63,011 nt of DNA, filler included, from Collodictyon triciliatum (GCA_043381765.1; 11 parts of 11 records of this genome joined end to end with filler, not necessarily neighbours in it), one strand, 5' to 3'. Positions 52,424 to 61,362 are shown, numbered from the whole stretch's first letter. A program made the numbers and translations. The notes: generated from the sequence alone by a model not told the origin.

Positions 52424-52548
52424 TTATTAAACTCTACAGTCCCACCACAGCAAGAACTGCGTTTGATATGGTCGACTGTATGCTTCCATATTCTCTCTAT
52501 TACTAACACGATAGTCATAATCAATGATATTATTGAAACTGGTTCCAT
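52414..52548 (-). CDS. 44-aa putative viral membrane microprotein (not in the ORF track)
   Basis: MEPVSIISLIMTIVLVIERIWKHTVDHIKRSSCCGGTVEFNNNI* has an N-terminal hydrophobic helix and a basic Cys-Cys motif. It starts 18 bp after the MCP stop, preceded by AAAAAAATATATGCTATATA. Confidence 0.75.
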   Translation of the reverse strand: MEPVSIISLIMTIVLVIERIWKHTVDHIKRSSCCGGTVEFNNNI

Positions 52549-52566
52549 TATATAGCATATATTTTT

Positions 52567-54168
52567 TTATTCGACTTTATAAACCTGTTGATTATTTTGT
52601 ATTTCTAGCACGGCATCATATAGCGAGGCAATTATAACATTGTAAGTTGTTGGTGCCCCACCAGTTTGAAATTCCAATCTCAAGCTAACCAGTCCTGACC
52701 CTGATGCAGCTAGGTCGACTCCTGCAACCTCCCCCTCGGAAATGTCCAGTACTTTTTTCATATTGAAAGCTAAAATAAAATTACTTGGAGTAACAGCACA
52801 CACTTCACGCATATATCTTAAGCCAGTATCATTTAGACGAGCACCAGCTAAATCAGTCTGTGGGTTAGCAGTATTTCTGGCATAATTTGCATTAGGGTCA
52901 AGTGCAACAGTCGCTTGATACGCAGTCCAACTCTGACCATGATGAGAATATGCGGGATATATATTAACATCGGATATTCCACCAGTGTTATTAGCTCCAG
53001 TATGAAACAGGTTTTGAACTGTGCCATATCGAGGTCCTATAAAATCTTGCCCGGAAAAGCTCCACACGCCCGCTGTCTCACTTCGTAAGTAAGCAAGACC
53101 TAAAGACTTCTGCAGTTCTATAAATGCATGCGCACTCTGATTAGTGCAGTCTAATGGTGTAAGTGGATAATAGAATGAACCTACTTGAAGCTGGGCCGTT
53201 TTCAGATTTGGAAAATGCAAACGGTCACGGCCCGCAATATTGAACTTAGCCTGCTCATTAACTGCAAAAAACGATATAAACAATGCATTGAGCGATTTCA
53301 CGGTATCATTAATATTATATGTTATCGCATTAGTTCCAGACGGCAATGAATAAAGGCTTGTCCTAAACGTCTTAAAGGGAATTGTTAGGCTTTGGCCACG
53401 TGTTATGGCAGCCGCCAATTGTGAATGATAACTTGGCTCCATTCTAACTAAGTCATATGTCATATAACAATTAGTCAAAGTATAAGTGCAATCAATCGAA
53501 GCACCAATATTATTAACATTATCTCGAGTGTAACACACCATACACTCATTGGCAGGTGCCAGTTCAATTTCTATTTGGAATGCTGTGACGCTGTCAATCA
53601 ATGAAGTGGATAAAAGGCCTGAATAGTTGGAAATACCTGACAATCGAAGGGGAAATGCATAGTTCCTTTTGGCCAGAGTACTATCAAATACATTTACAAT
53701 TGCACCATTTGCATCTTTACCGCTTCTATGATATAATATACGTTCAATTGTGGTGCCAATACCCATTAGGGCTTTACCGGGACAGTTGTTGTGGTCAGAT
53801 GATACCATATTCATCAACATACTGTCAACGTAATTGTATCTTTGTATATCTTCAATTAAAAACTGCGTCCCCTTTCTTATTTTTAAATTATGAATAATAC
53901 TTTCTATTGAATTACAAAAATAAATATCTGTTGTATTGATGGCACCGTTTCCCACAAAGGAAGGTGTGACGTCACAGTGAAACATAAGAGTATCCATATC
54001 GAGCTCCATACCTGACTCGCTCGGTATGTTAAACAAAAGTCGGTCGACATTTCCAGGGCCAAATGTACCCGCATTGAATGGAGAGATACGTGTAGTGTGG
54101 CGAGCCATTACAGAATCATTAAAGTTTTGTACGCGTTTGTATCTTGCTTCATTTGGTAGTTCAGACAT
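52567..54168 (-). CDS. Major capsid protein, double jelly-roll, Polinton-like virus type (533 aa)
   Basis: N-terminal RISPFNAGTFGP...LLFNIP...LDMDTLMF and SIESIIHNLKIRKG..LIEDIQRYN. Middle FQIEIELAP, YTLTNCYMTYDLV, SLNALF, QLQVGSFYYP and AFIELQKS. C-terminal FILAFNMKK...GVDL...YDAVLEI. This is the motif order of PLV major capsid proteins, and the gene is intronless. Confidence 0.88.
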   Translation of the reverse strand: MSELPNEARYKRVQNFNDSVMARHTTRISPFNAGTFGPGNVDRLLFNIPSESGMELDMDTLMFHCDVTPSFVGNGAINTTDIYFCNSIESIIHNLKIRKGTQFLIEDIQRYNYVDSMLMNMVSSDHNNCPGKALMGIGTTIERILYHRSGKDANGAIVNVFDSTLAKRNYAFPLRLSGISNYSGLLSTSLIDSVTAFQIEIELAPANECMVCYTRDNVNNIGASIDCTYTLTNCYMTYDLVRMEPSYHSQLAAAITRGQSLTIPFKTFRTSLYSLPSGTNAITYNINDTVKSLNALFISFFAVNEQAKFNIAGRDRLHFPNLKTAQLQVGSFYYPLTPLDCTNQSAHAFIELQKSLGLAYLRSETAGVWSFSGQDFIGPRYGTVQNLFHTGANNTGGISDVNIYPAYSHHGQSWTAYQATVALDPNANYARNTANPQTDLAGARLNDTGLRYMREVCAVTPSNFILAFNMKKVLDISEGEVAGVDLAASGSGLVSLRLEFQTGGAPTTYNVIIASLYDAVLEIQNNQQVYKVE

Positions 54169-54198
54169 ATTTATACAAAGAAAATATTTTTTTATAAT

Positions 54199-54543
54199 TT
54201 ATTTAAACGCGGCTTGTCCAAAATCATACGCACGTTTCAAATCCTGAATCCCTTGCCCGGCCCGTTGCGAATTAAAATTTTTAAAATCAATATTACCCAA
54301 TGTTGAAAGTCCACGCCCCAGTGCGTGTGTTGCATCAATTGTATTCACCAGTGGATTATAAACAGTTGAGGCAAGTTGATATATTGGGGTTGCCCTGACC
54401 GCAAAATCCAAGACCCCACCTGAAGCTTTATTGACTTCATCATATTTTCTGTTGATTGTATTCAAACGACTGCTGGCTATCTCTGCTCTATTGATTAAAA
54501 ATCGTCCTACACCTCGTGCTATTTTTCGTCCATCGAATCGCAT
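54199..54543 (-). CDS. 114-aa putative virion protein with a basic amphipathic N-terminus
   Basis: The likely start is the ATG at 54543 (MRFDGRKIARGVGRFLINRAEIAS...), which avoids overlap with the divergent gene. The protein is Gly/Ala-rich and helical and ends 30 bp before the MCP ATG. Confidence 0.72.
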   Translation of the reverse strand: MRFDGRKIARGVGRFLINRAEIASSRLNTINRKYDEVNKASGGVLDFAVRATPIYQLASTVYNPLVNTIDATHALGRGLSTLGNIDFKNFNSQRAGQGIQDLKRAYDFGQAAFK

Positions 54544-54576
54544 AATATAACTAAGATTTTTTTTAATTGTAATAGT
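54544..54576. promoter_or_regulatory. 33-bp divergent intergenic region, putative bidirectional viral promoter
   Basis: It lies between the ATGs at 54543 (-) and 54577 (+). The minus strand reads AAAAAAAATCTTAGTTATATT-ATG, similar to the leaders of the MCP and 44-aa genes. Confidence 0.55.
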
Positions 54577-57500
54577 ATGGTTCGTCCTCCTCCTCATAAT
54601 TGGCCTTTTAAACCACAATATACACCAGATGAGTTACGAGACTGGTCAGCTGCTGAATTGAAGGCTTATATCAGAAGACATTATCCTGGTATTAAAGCTG
54701 CTAGTAAAGGAGAGATGACTGACGAGATTTTATTGGCGCAAGGTAATCATCCAAATCAGCATCAAAGAGACCCTTTTTTATTGAGACAAAATATAGAAGC
54801 TTTGGAGGAAAGATTGGCTGATGCAAATAGGCAATTAAATTTAGCTAATGCCCAAGTAGCAAATATTCCACTAATTGCACAACAAAATGCAGGACAAATA
54901 GCGGCTGTTCAAGCGCAAGCAGCTCAGTTACAACAACAGATTCAAGGTTTACGTTTGGGTATAGTTGCAATGCAACAAAACCACGTTCAACAAATGGCTA
55001 ATTTTGCAGCCCAGGTAAATGTTGCAGCTCAAGGTGTTATAGCACCATTACAACAAAATAATCAAGCACTTCAAGCTCAAGTGCAACAACTTAACGCAGG
55101 ATTTTTAGCACAGAACGCACAATCAAATCAAATAATACAAAACTTACAAGATGTGATAAGGAGAAATCAGGCAGGGCAAGTGATACAAGCGCAATTTCTT
55201 CGACATAGGTTAGCTGTCGCAAATCAAATTAGTCAACAAATGTTTCAAATGCTACAAGCACAAAATGCAAATTTAGGAAATCAACAAATTCAAGACCAAG
55301 CACAAATAGCTGCTGATGCAGTTAGAATAGTAAATTTGCAAGCTACTATAAATAATCAATTAGCTCAAATAAACCAAGATGCAGCTACAATATTAAATTT
55401 ACAAGGACAGACACAAAATGATGCAGCACAAATAGCGAGACTCACTGCGCAGAATGCACAAGACCAAGCTACAATTCAGAATTTACACATACGAATACTA
55501 GCCCAGCGGCGGGAGCAACGACGTACGATTGATGCATACAGAAGTGATATGAGGCAGTTGCTTCAAGACAATCAAGCACAATATCAATTAATTGGACAAA
55601 TGAATGTCGCTATACAACAAGACCAAGCAACAATTCAAAGATTGGGTGGCTTTTTACAAATACATCAACAAAATGAGGCTGCTATGAGAGCAGATATACA
55701 AAGACGGCAGACTATTATTCAAAATTTAAGAGCAACTATTGCAGGACACGAAGCAGAAATTCGAAGGTTAAAAACAAGCGAACGTAATTTAACACGACAA
55801 TTAAACCAGGAACAAGCTAATAATAATCAGTTGACAGCTGATAATCGTAGATTACGAGGTGATGTAGCCTTAAATAGACAGGATATACAAATACTTACCG
55901 CTCAAGTACAACAAGAGCGACAAAATGTTCAAGCAGCTCAAGGTAATTTATTAGCTGCTCAACAGCAACTAGTAGCAGAACAAGCGGCGCTTGCGGCATT
56001 GCGTGTTAATTTAGCTGCTCTTCAAGCACAAATGGTTGCAGACCAAGCAACTATACAAAATTTATTAAATGCAAATCAACAATTTAATGCCCAACATCAA
56101 GCGGATGCACAACTAATGCAACAAATGGCAGCTGGAAATCTCCTGTTATTGGGAGGAGCAAATCAACTTGAAATAGATCTTCGTGCTTATATTAATAATT
56201 TATTGCAATTGATGGACCCAAATATAAACGCAAATATATTAACACCTTTAGTGCAAACATTGGCACCACTATATCAAATGTTAAATAGGGCACCTCCAAA
56301 TATACCTATTATTCGTGGAGCCGCTCCAGCTCCTCCTCCAGTGCCACCCGCACCACCTGCAGCTCCAGGAGGCCCACCACCACCACCAGCTCCAGGAGGA
56401 GGCGGAGGTGTATTACCCGCATTTCCCCCAGGCCCTCCCGGTGCATTAGCACCTCAACCCCCATTGGGTCCAGGAGCAGGAGTCATAGGAGGAGCCCCCT
56501 TGCCAGCATTTGTCCCGGGTGGTCCCGCACCGGTACCACCAGCCGTCCCACCTGGACCTGGTGTTCCTATTGGACGGCCTTTACCCCCAGGAAATCCAGC
56601 TTTACCCGCTTTTCCCCCAGGCCCTCCCGGTGCATTAGCACCTCAACCCCCATTGGGTCCAGGAGCAGGAGTCATAGGAGGCGCCGCCTTACCACCATTT
56701 ATCCCGGGTGGTCCCGCACCAGCCCCCGCCCCAGCCCCCGCACCAGGCGGCCTAGCTGGAATTGGATTTGCAGGACCTCAACCACCACCTATTGCCAGGC
56801 CTGTTGCGCCAGTGGGACCAGGAGCAGGAGTCATAGGAGGCGTCCCCTTGCCGCCATTTATTGGTCCCGCACCAGCCCCCGCACCAGCCCCCGCACCCAA
56901 CCCTCCACCAAATCCACTCGTCCCAGGAAGAGGTAGGCCTCCAATAGGACCACCTTTGCCGATTGCACCGTTTGGTCCACCCCCAGTGCCACCCCCGCCG
57001 AATCCCGCTATTGTTATTCTTCCACCCGCACCAATTGTACCCGCACCAATTGTACCCGCACCAGCCCCCGCCCCAGCCCCCGCTCCAATTGTACCCGCTC
57101 CAGCCCCCGCACCTAGACCAGGTCCGATTAGAGGACCTAGACTTGTTTTACCGCCAGTGCCCGCACCCGCACCAGTGCCCGCACCCGCACCAGTGCCCGC
57201 ACCAGCCCCATTACCCGTGCCCGCACCAGCCCCATTACCCGTGCCCGCACCAGTACCGATACCCCCTCCTGCTGTAGTTGCTCCTCCACCGGCCCCAATG
57301 ATAAATAATTTTCTTGGTGATGGTATGGCAACTAGACGAGGCAAAGATGTTAATAATTCAAGTAATATTCAAAGTTTATTGGATGATGTCGAATATGCAT
57401 TTCAATCTATAGGTAATCTAAGCGAAGAAGTTAATCCACCACGAGTAATTAATACATTCCCATATGACCTTCCAAGAATAAGAAGGCGAGGACTTCGAAG

Positions 57501-57987
57501 TCCAAATGATATCAAAGATGCGCTTAATCGAATGGGGATGGCTGATTGGGGAGATGTCACGGCTAATCCTAAGAAATTAATATATTTTTTAAACAACATG
57601 AGTAACCCTGAATTACCATTGCAATCTATGGTATATCAAATGTATAAAAATAACACATTACCACTCGTATATGATCCTAAACCTTCTGAATATGATACTA
57701 TTACCCCTACACGCATTATATCAACTTTACCAGGTAGTGAAAAAAATAAATCGATTTTAGTAGAACCTAACAAAGAGGCTAAAATAGTAGGTGTAAAACC
57801 AAGTCGAGGAACTATTATTCGACGAAAGGGTATCAATTATGAAGTTAATGATGGTGGTAAGAAGATGACTTTTGGTTCACATCAAAATGCTAGTTATTAC
57901 GTTAAAAATAAAAACAAATCTTATTTTGGCCCTAGCACATTTTTAGGAGACCAGCGATTAAAAACTCGCGGTCAGGTTCATTTATAA
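54577..57987 (+). CDS. 1136-aa viral protein: HeH/Rho_N-like N-terminus, long Gln/Asn/Ala coiled coil, Pro/Gly/Ala-rich region, basic C-terminal domain
   Basis: Uninterrupted 3.4-kb ORF. It has TPDELRDWSAAELKAYIRRH...ASKGEMTDEIL at the start, recurring QDQATIQNL heptads, polyproline and (AP)n tracts, and a globular-looking last ~220 aa. Confidence 0.9.
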   Translation: MVRPPPHNWPFKPQYTPDELRDWSAAELKAYIRRHYPGIKAASKGEMTDEILLAQGNHPNQHQRDPFLLRQNIEALEERLADANRQLNLANAQVANIPLIAQQNAGQIAAVQAQAAQLQQQIQGLRLGIVAMQQNHVQQMANFAAQVNVAAQGVIAPLQQNNQALQAQVQQLNAGFLAQNAQSNQIIQNLQDVIRRNQAGQVIQAQFLRHRLAVANQISQQMFQMLQAQNANLGNQQIQDQAQIAADAVRIVNLQATINNQLAQINQDAATILNLQGQTQNDAAQIARLTAQNAQDQATIQNLHIRILAQRREQRRTIDAYRSDMRQLLQDNQAQYQLIGQMNVAIQQDQATIQRLGGFLQIHQQNEAAMRADIQRRQTIIQNLRATIAGHEAEIRRLKTSERNLTRQLNQEQANNNQLTADNRRLRGDVALNRQDIQILTAQVQQERQNVQAAQGNLLAAQQQLVAEQAALAALRVNLAALQAQMVADQATIQNLLNANQQFNAQHQADAQLMQQMAAGNLLLLGGANQLEIDLRAYINNLLQLMDPNINANILTPLVQTLAPLYQMLNRAPPNIPIIRGAAPAPPPVPPAPPAAPGGPPPPPAPGGGGGVLPAFPPGPPGALAPQPPLGPGAGVIGGAPLPAFVPGGPAPVPPAVPPGPGVPIGRPLPPGNPALPAFPPGPPGALAPQPPLGPGAGVIGGAALPPFIPGGPAPAPAPAPAPGGLAGIGFAGPQPPPIARPVAPVGPGAGVIGGVPLPPFIGPAPAPAPAPAPNPPPNPLVPGRGRPPIGPPLPIAPFGPPPVPPPPNPAIVILPPAPIVPAPIVPAPAPAPAPAPIVPAPAPAPRPGPIRGPRLVLPPVPAPAPVPAPAPVPAPAPLPVPAPAPLPVPAPVPIPPPAVVAPPPAPMINNFLGDGMATRRGKDVNNSSNIQSLLDDVEYAFQSIGNLSEEVNPPRVINTFPYDLPRIRRRGLRSPNDIKDALNRMGMADWGDVTANPKKLIYFLNNMSNPELPLQSMVYQMYKNNTLPLVYDPKPSEYDTITPTRIISTLPGSEKNKSILVEPNKEAKIVGVKPSRGTIIRRKGINYEVNDGGKKMTFGSHQNASYYVKNKNKSYFGPSTFLGDQRLKTRGQVHL

Positions 57988-58018
57988 ACAATTGTTACTA
58001 TTAATAAGAATTGTTTAT
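57984..58018. terminator. Bidirectional hairpin overlapping the stop codons of two convergent genes
   Basis: ATAAACAATT (57984-57993) pairs perfectly with AATTGTTTAT (58009-58018), extended by TTA/TAA after one mismatch. Each arm contains a TAA stop (57985-57987 on +, 58015-58017 on -). Confidence 0.75.
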
Positions 58019-58107
58019 GGACTTACGACACCAACGACATACCAGCGACTGTCTGCTGTTACTGTGCGACGATAATTTATTACATCAACAACTGTCCCAT
58101 TTACTAA
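58015..58107 (-). CDS. C-terminus of a further convergent viral gene, truncated by the contig end
   Basis: Open frame ...LVNGTVVDVINYRRTVTADSRWYVVGVVSP* is beta-strand-like and ends in the shared hairpin. Confidence 0.65.
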   Translation of the reverse strand, partial: LVNGTVVDVINYRRTVTADSRWYVVGVVSP

Positions 58108-58210
58108 TNNNNNNNNNNNNNNNNNNNNNNNNNNNNNNNNNNNNNNNNNNNNTTAATTAATTAANNNNNNNNNNNNNNNNNNNNNNNNNNNNNNNNNNNN
58201 NNNNNNNNTT

Positions 58211-58243
<33 letters not shown>

Positions 58244-58253
58244 TTGTTGTGTG

Positions 58254-58286
<33 letters not shown>

Positions 58287-59079
58287 AAATGTCGACCAGT
58301 CCTTTTACCGTAGCAATTTATAACTGGTCAGAATAATGTGAATGTTGCGTGATAGACTTTGATGGCTGAGAGGTTGAGCATACAAATACAAGGTGAAGGA
58401 TTACAAGCAATGGCAGGGAGATGCATCGAACTGATACCAAAGGAATTGCCTGTTGTTTTTTCTTCCTTTGTCTTGTCTTGTCTTGTCTTGTCTTGCCTTG
58501 CCTTGTTTAACATATGATGCGTTTGAGGATATAAATTTGTAATTGGGTTGAGATTATTCTTTATCAACTAGAATTGGAACAGGTACTTCGCATTAGAGGT
58601 CTACAATCCAGTAGAAAATAATACAAATGGAATCAAAAGGGACAGAAGAAACAGAAGGCAGAAAAAAGAGAAAATGTCAAACACCACTTCCAAATCCCAT
58701 ACACAAACTCTAACTCTTATAATCCCACATTTTGTGGAGTTCGAGTTTGTGTTCCTATCGTATTTTGTTTGTTTGTATTTATTGTTTGTTGGGTATCTAC
58801 TCGCAATCTTACTTTGAATTACATCACATATGTCAGAAATTCCGGGAGTTCCAATGTATCCAAAAAAAAAAAAATCTGCGGATAATATCACATGATAGAG
58901 GTCAATAGTTGAATCAAATTTTTTAAGCAGTTAAAGGACATGATAATTTATGTTGCTTACATTTATTTCTATTGGACATCTCTACCCAGGCAACCTTGGA
59001 TAGCATGTGCTGTATTTTTTAATTCCGTATTTCATGACATCTTTGTAAAGATACGAGTTACTTAGATGTATACCCAGAT

Positions 59080-59400
59080 GCAAAACATATTGGGCAGTGG
59101 CGCGATACCATTTGCTATGGACTATGTGAATAGCATGCATATACGAACGCAAAGTAAGACTCAACAAACCAGCCACCCCTTCCTGACAATATACTAGATG
59201 ACATCTACAAATCTCTTTCCTCAGCAGCTTTCTTCGCCACCTGCACGTTCTCTACTACTCCGACCCTGTGAGAAGAGACACGTGGAAAGAGGCTGAGAAA
59301 GACATTAAACCTCGCCTTGTATCCCTCATGCAAGCACAAGACCCAGGCAACAGACCAAACCGCAGGATGCAATTCCTGATTCCCGACTACTTACCTGGCA
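59080..59400 (+). mobile_element. Degenerate non-LTR retrotransposon ORF2 3' end, same family as 11640-11840
   Basis: YWAVARYHLLWTM*IACIYERK...QISFLSSFLRHLHVLYYSDPVRRDTWKEAEKDIKPRLVSLMQ, interrupted by stops. A homologous copy lies elsewhere in the window. Confidence 0.6.
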
Positions 59401-59645
59401 TTTGGCTTTCAAGTAGCAATCATTGTTATAATAGGAAACAAGAGTAAACACTATTTCTCTGCTGCACAATTTTTTTTTAAAAAAAATAGTGACGGTTAGA
59501 ATATAATAATAGGATAGATATGACATCTCAGCCTTAAAAAAAAAAAGGGAAAAAGGTGCGATTGGCAAAAGATTTTGTTTATAAACACCACCTAGTTGGC
59601 TTTCATTAATTTCGAGTGCATGAAAAGAGTGCAAACAGGTACGAG

Positions 59646-60212
59646 TCAAAGAATCAGAATCAACAATAACACAAGCATAATTTTGAAGCCGATAATATCG
59701 ACGCGTGCCCAAAAACGGACTCTCTTATTTGGATGATTGTAATAGAAGAATCCACCGAGACATATTGGAAAGAAGAAAATTCCAACCATGAACCTGGCAT
59801 GCAATCATGAGTATTGAAGTACGCCAAGTTTGAACAGATTACTCATATTGCATTTCCAATTAATAAAAAAATGAAAAACAAAAGAAGAAACCCTTACAAA
59901 GAATCATTTTGCGCACGCTGAAAATAAATTGGGATTGGAATTGGAATTGAAATGAAATGCTATTTTGGGTATTACTCACAAAACCAATGGCACATTGTCG
60001 CAATCATCATCAGATGATTGAGAGGATGAGTTGGACTTTCTTCGTGCAACCACTACGTGACTCTGTGGCACAATCGGCTTCATAGGGACGGACGCATGAT
60101 TTGGTGGGACATATCCAGGTGGATAAATACTGTCTTGAGCCGGGTAAGGGTTGTAGCCCAAAACAACGGGTTGTGCTGGAAATCCAGAGGGCGGCTGCTG
60201 GGGGAGGTTCAT
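59646..60212 (-). CDS. Small protein with a Pro/Tyr-rich N-terminus and two hydrophobic segments; two exons
   Basis: Exon 59980-60212 encodes MNLPQQPPSGFP...DNVPLVL and exon 59646-59793 encodes FMVGIFFFPICLGGFFYYNHPNKRVRFWARVDIIGFKIMLVLLLILIL*. Splice phases are compatible. Confidence 0.75.
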
Positions 60213-60767
60213 TTTCGTGTAGCCTGAGTGATGTGAAAACAAATCTGATAAAGAAAGTCTCCAGTTTGGATTCGGCCCAGGAACTGGTCAGCGAACGAGA
60301 ATAGATGTTTTTGTACATATATAATTTAAATGAGAAAACAGTGAGAATGTATTAATATCATTACTGTCTCTGCGCATGTATGTGCTATTTATAGATGTTT
60401 GAATATATTTTTGTTTTTTGTTTTTTTTTATTGTTTTTTATTGTTTTTTATTGTTTTTTATTGTTTTTTATTGTTTTTTATTGTTTTTTTATTGTTTTTT
60501 ATTGTTTTTTTATTGTTTTTTTATTGTTTTTTNNTTGTTTTTATTGTTTTTATTGTTTTTATTGTTTTTATTGTTTTTATTGTTTTTATTGTTTTTTTTG
60601 TTTTTTTTGTTTTTTTTTGTTTTTTTTGTTTTTTTGTTTTGTTTTTTTAATGATTGTTTTTAATGATTGTTTTTATTGATCGTTTTTATTGATTGTTTTT
60701 ATTGATTTATCAGGATATTCAACAGGTAAAGTTGGGTGTAGGATGGTAGGATACTTCTGTGACAAAC

Positions 60768-60916
60768 CGAAGCACTGTGCGGGGATCACCGTTCTTTTCA
60801 TAGATTAGCGCCTGACCTTCCTTTGGCCAAGTGAGGGAAGAGTTGGTGCGAAGTTGTGCATAATGCGCGTTGCTTCGGCAAGACTTTGGTACGAGAGAAG
60901 CAGCAAGGCGAAGCAT
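60768..60916 (-). CDS. First exon of a mitochondrial trans-2-enoyl-ACP/CoA reductase (MECR/ETR1-like), partial
   Basis: Transit-peptide-like MLRLAASLVPKSCRS... followed by QALIYEKNGDPRTVLR, the ALxYxxxGxPxxVL start of this MDR subfamily. Confidence 0.65.
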
Positions 60917-61362
60917 CTTTCCTTGTGTGCTTTTTTTTATTGTTTTCATTATTTTGTTTATTATTGTGTTTATTATTGTGTTTATTATTGTGTTTATTAT
61001 TGTGTTTATTATTGTGTTTATTATTGTGTTTATTATTGTGTTTATTATTGTGTTTATTATTGTGTTTATTATTGTGTTTATTATTGTGTTTATTATTGTG
61101 TTTATTATTGTGTTTATTATTGTGTTTATTATTGTNNNNNNNNNNNNNNNNNNNNNNNNNNNNNNNNNNNNNNNNNNNNTTAATTAATTAANNNNNNNNN
61201 NNNNNNNNNNNNNNNNNNNNNNNNNNNNNNNNNNNTTTTTTAATGTCTTTGGGAAAGGTTTCAGTTTTTTTTTAAAAAATTTGAAAAAAAAAAAAAAAAA
61301 AAAAAAAAACGAAATCTTTCTTGAATGTTTATGTCGTTATAATCCTTTATAATGCACTAGTC

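Larger units (their letters stand above)
52201..58108. mobile_element. Polinton-like virus (PLV) / endogenous viral element, partial; right part off-contig
   Basis: Five intronless ORFs with intergenic gaps of 18-33 bp, one of them a PLV-type major capsid protein. The block has no host-style microsatellites or introns, and hairpins sit at gene ends. The left boundary is tentative. Confidence 0.85.

Noticed and set aside
54544-54618. N-terminal 25 aa of the 139-aa ORF in the track
   Set aside because: It uses a non-ATG start and overlaps the divergent gene. The ATG at 54543 has the shared leader motif and is the better start.
56778-57344. 188-aa Gly/Ala-rich antisense ORF
   Set aside because: It is the shadow of the CCN-rich proline codons of the 1136-aa gene.
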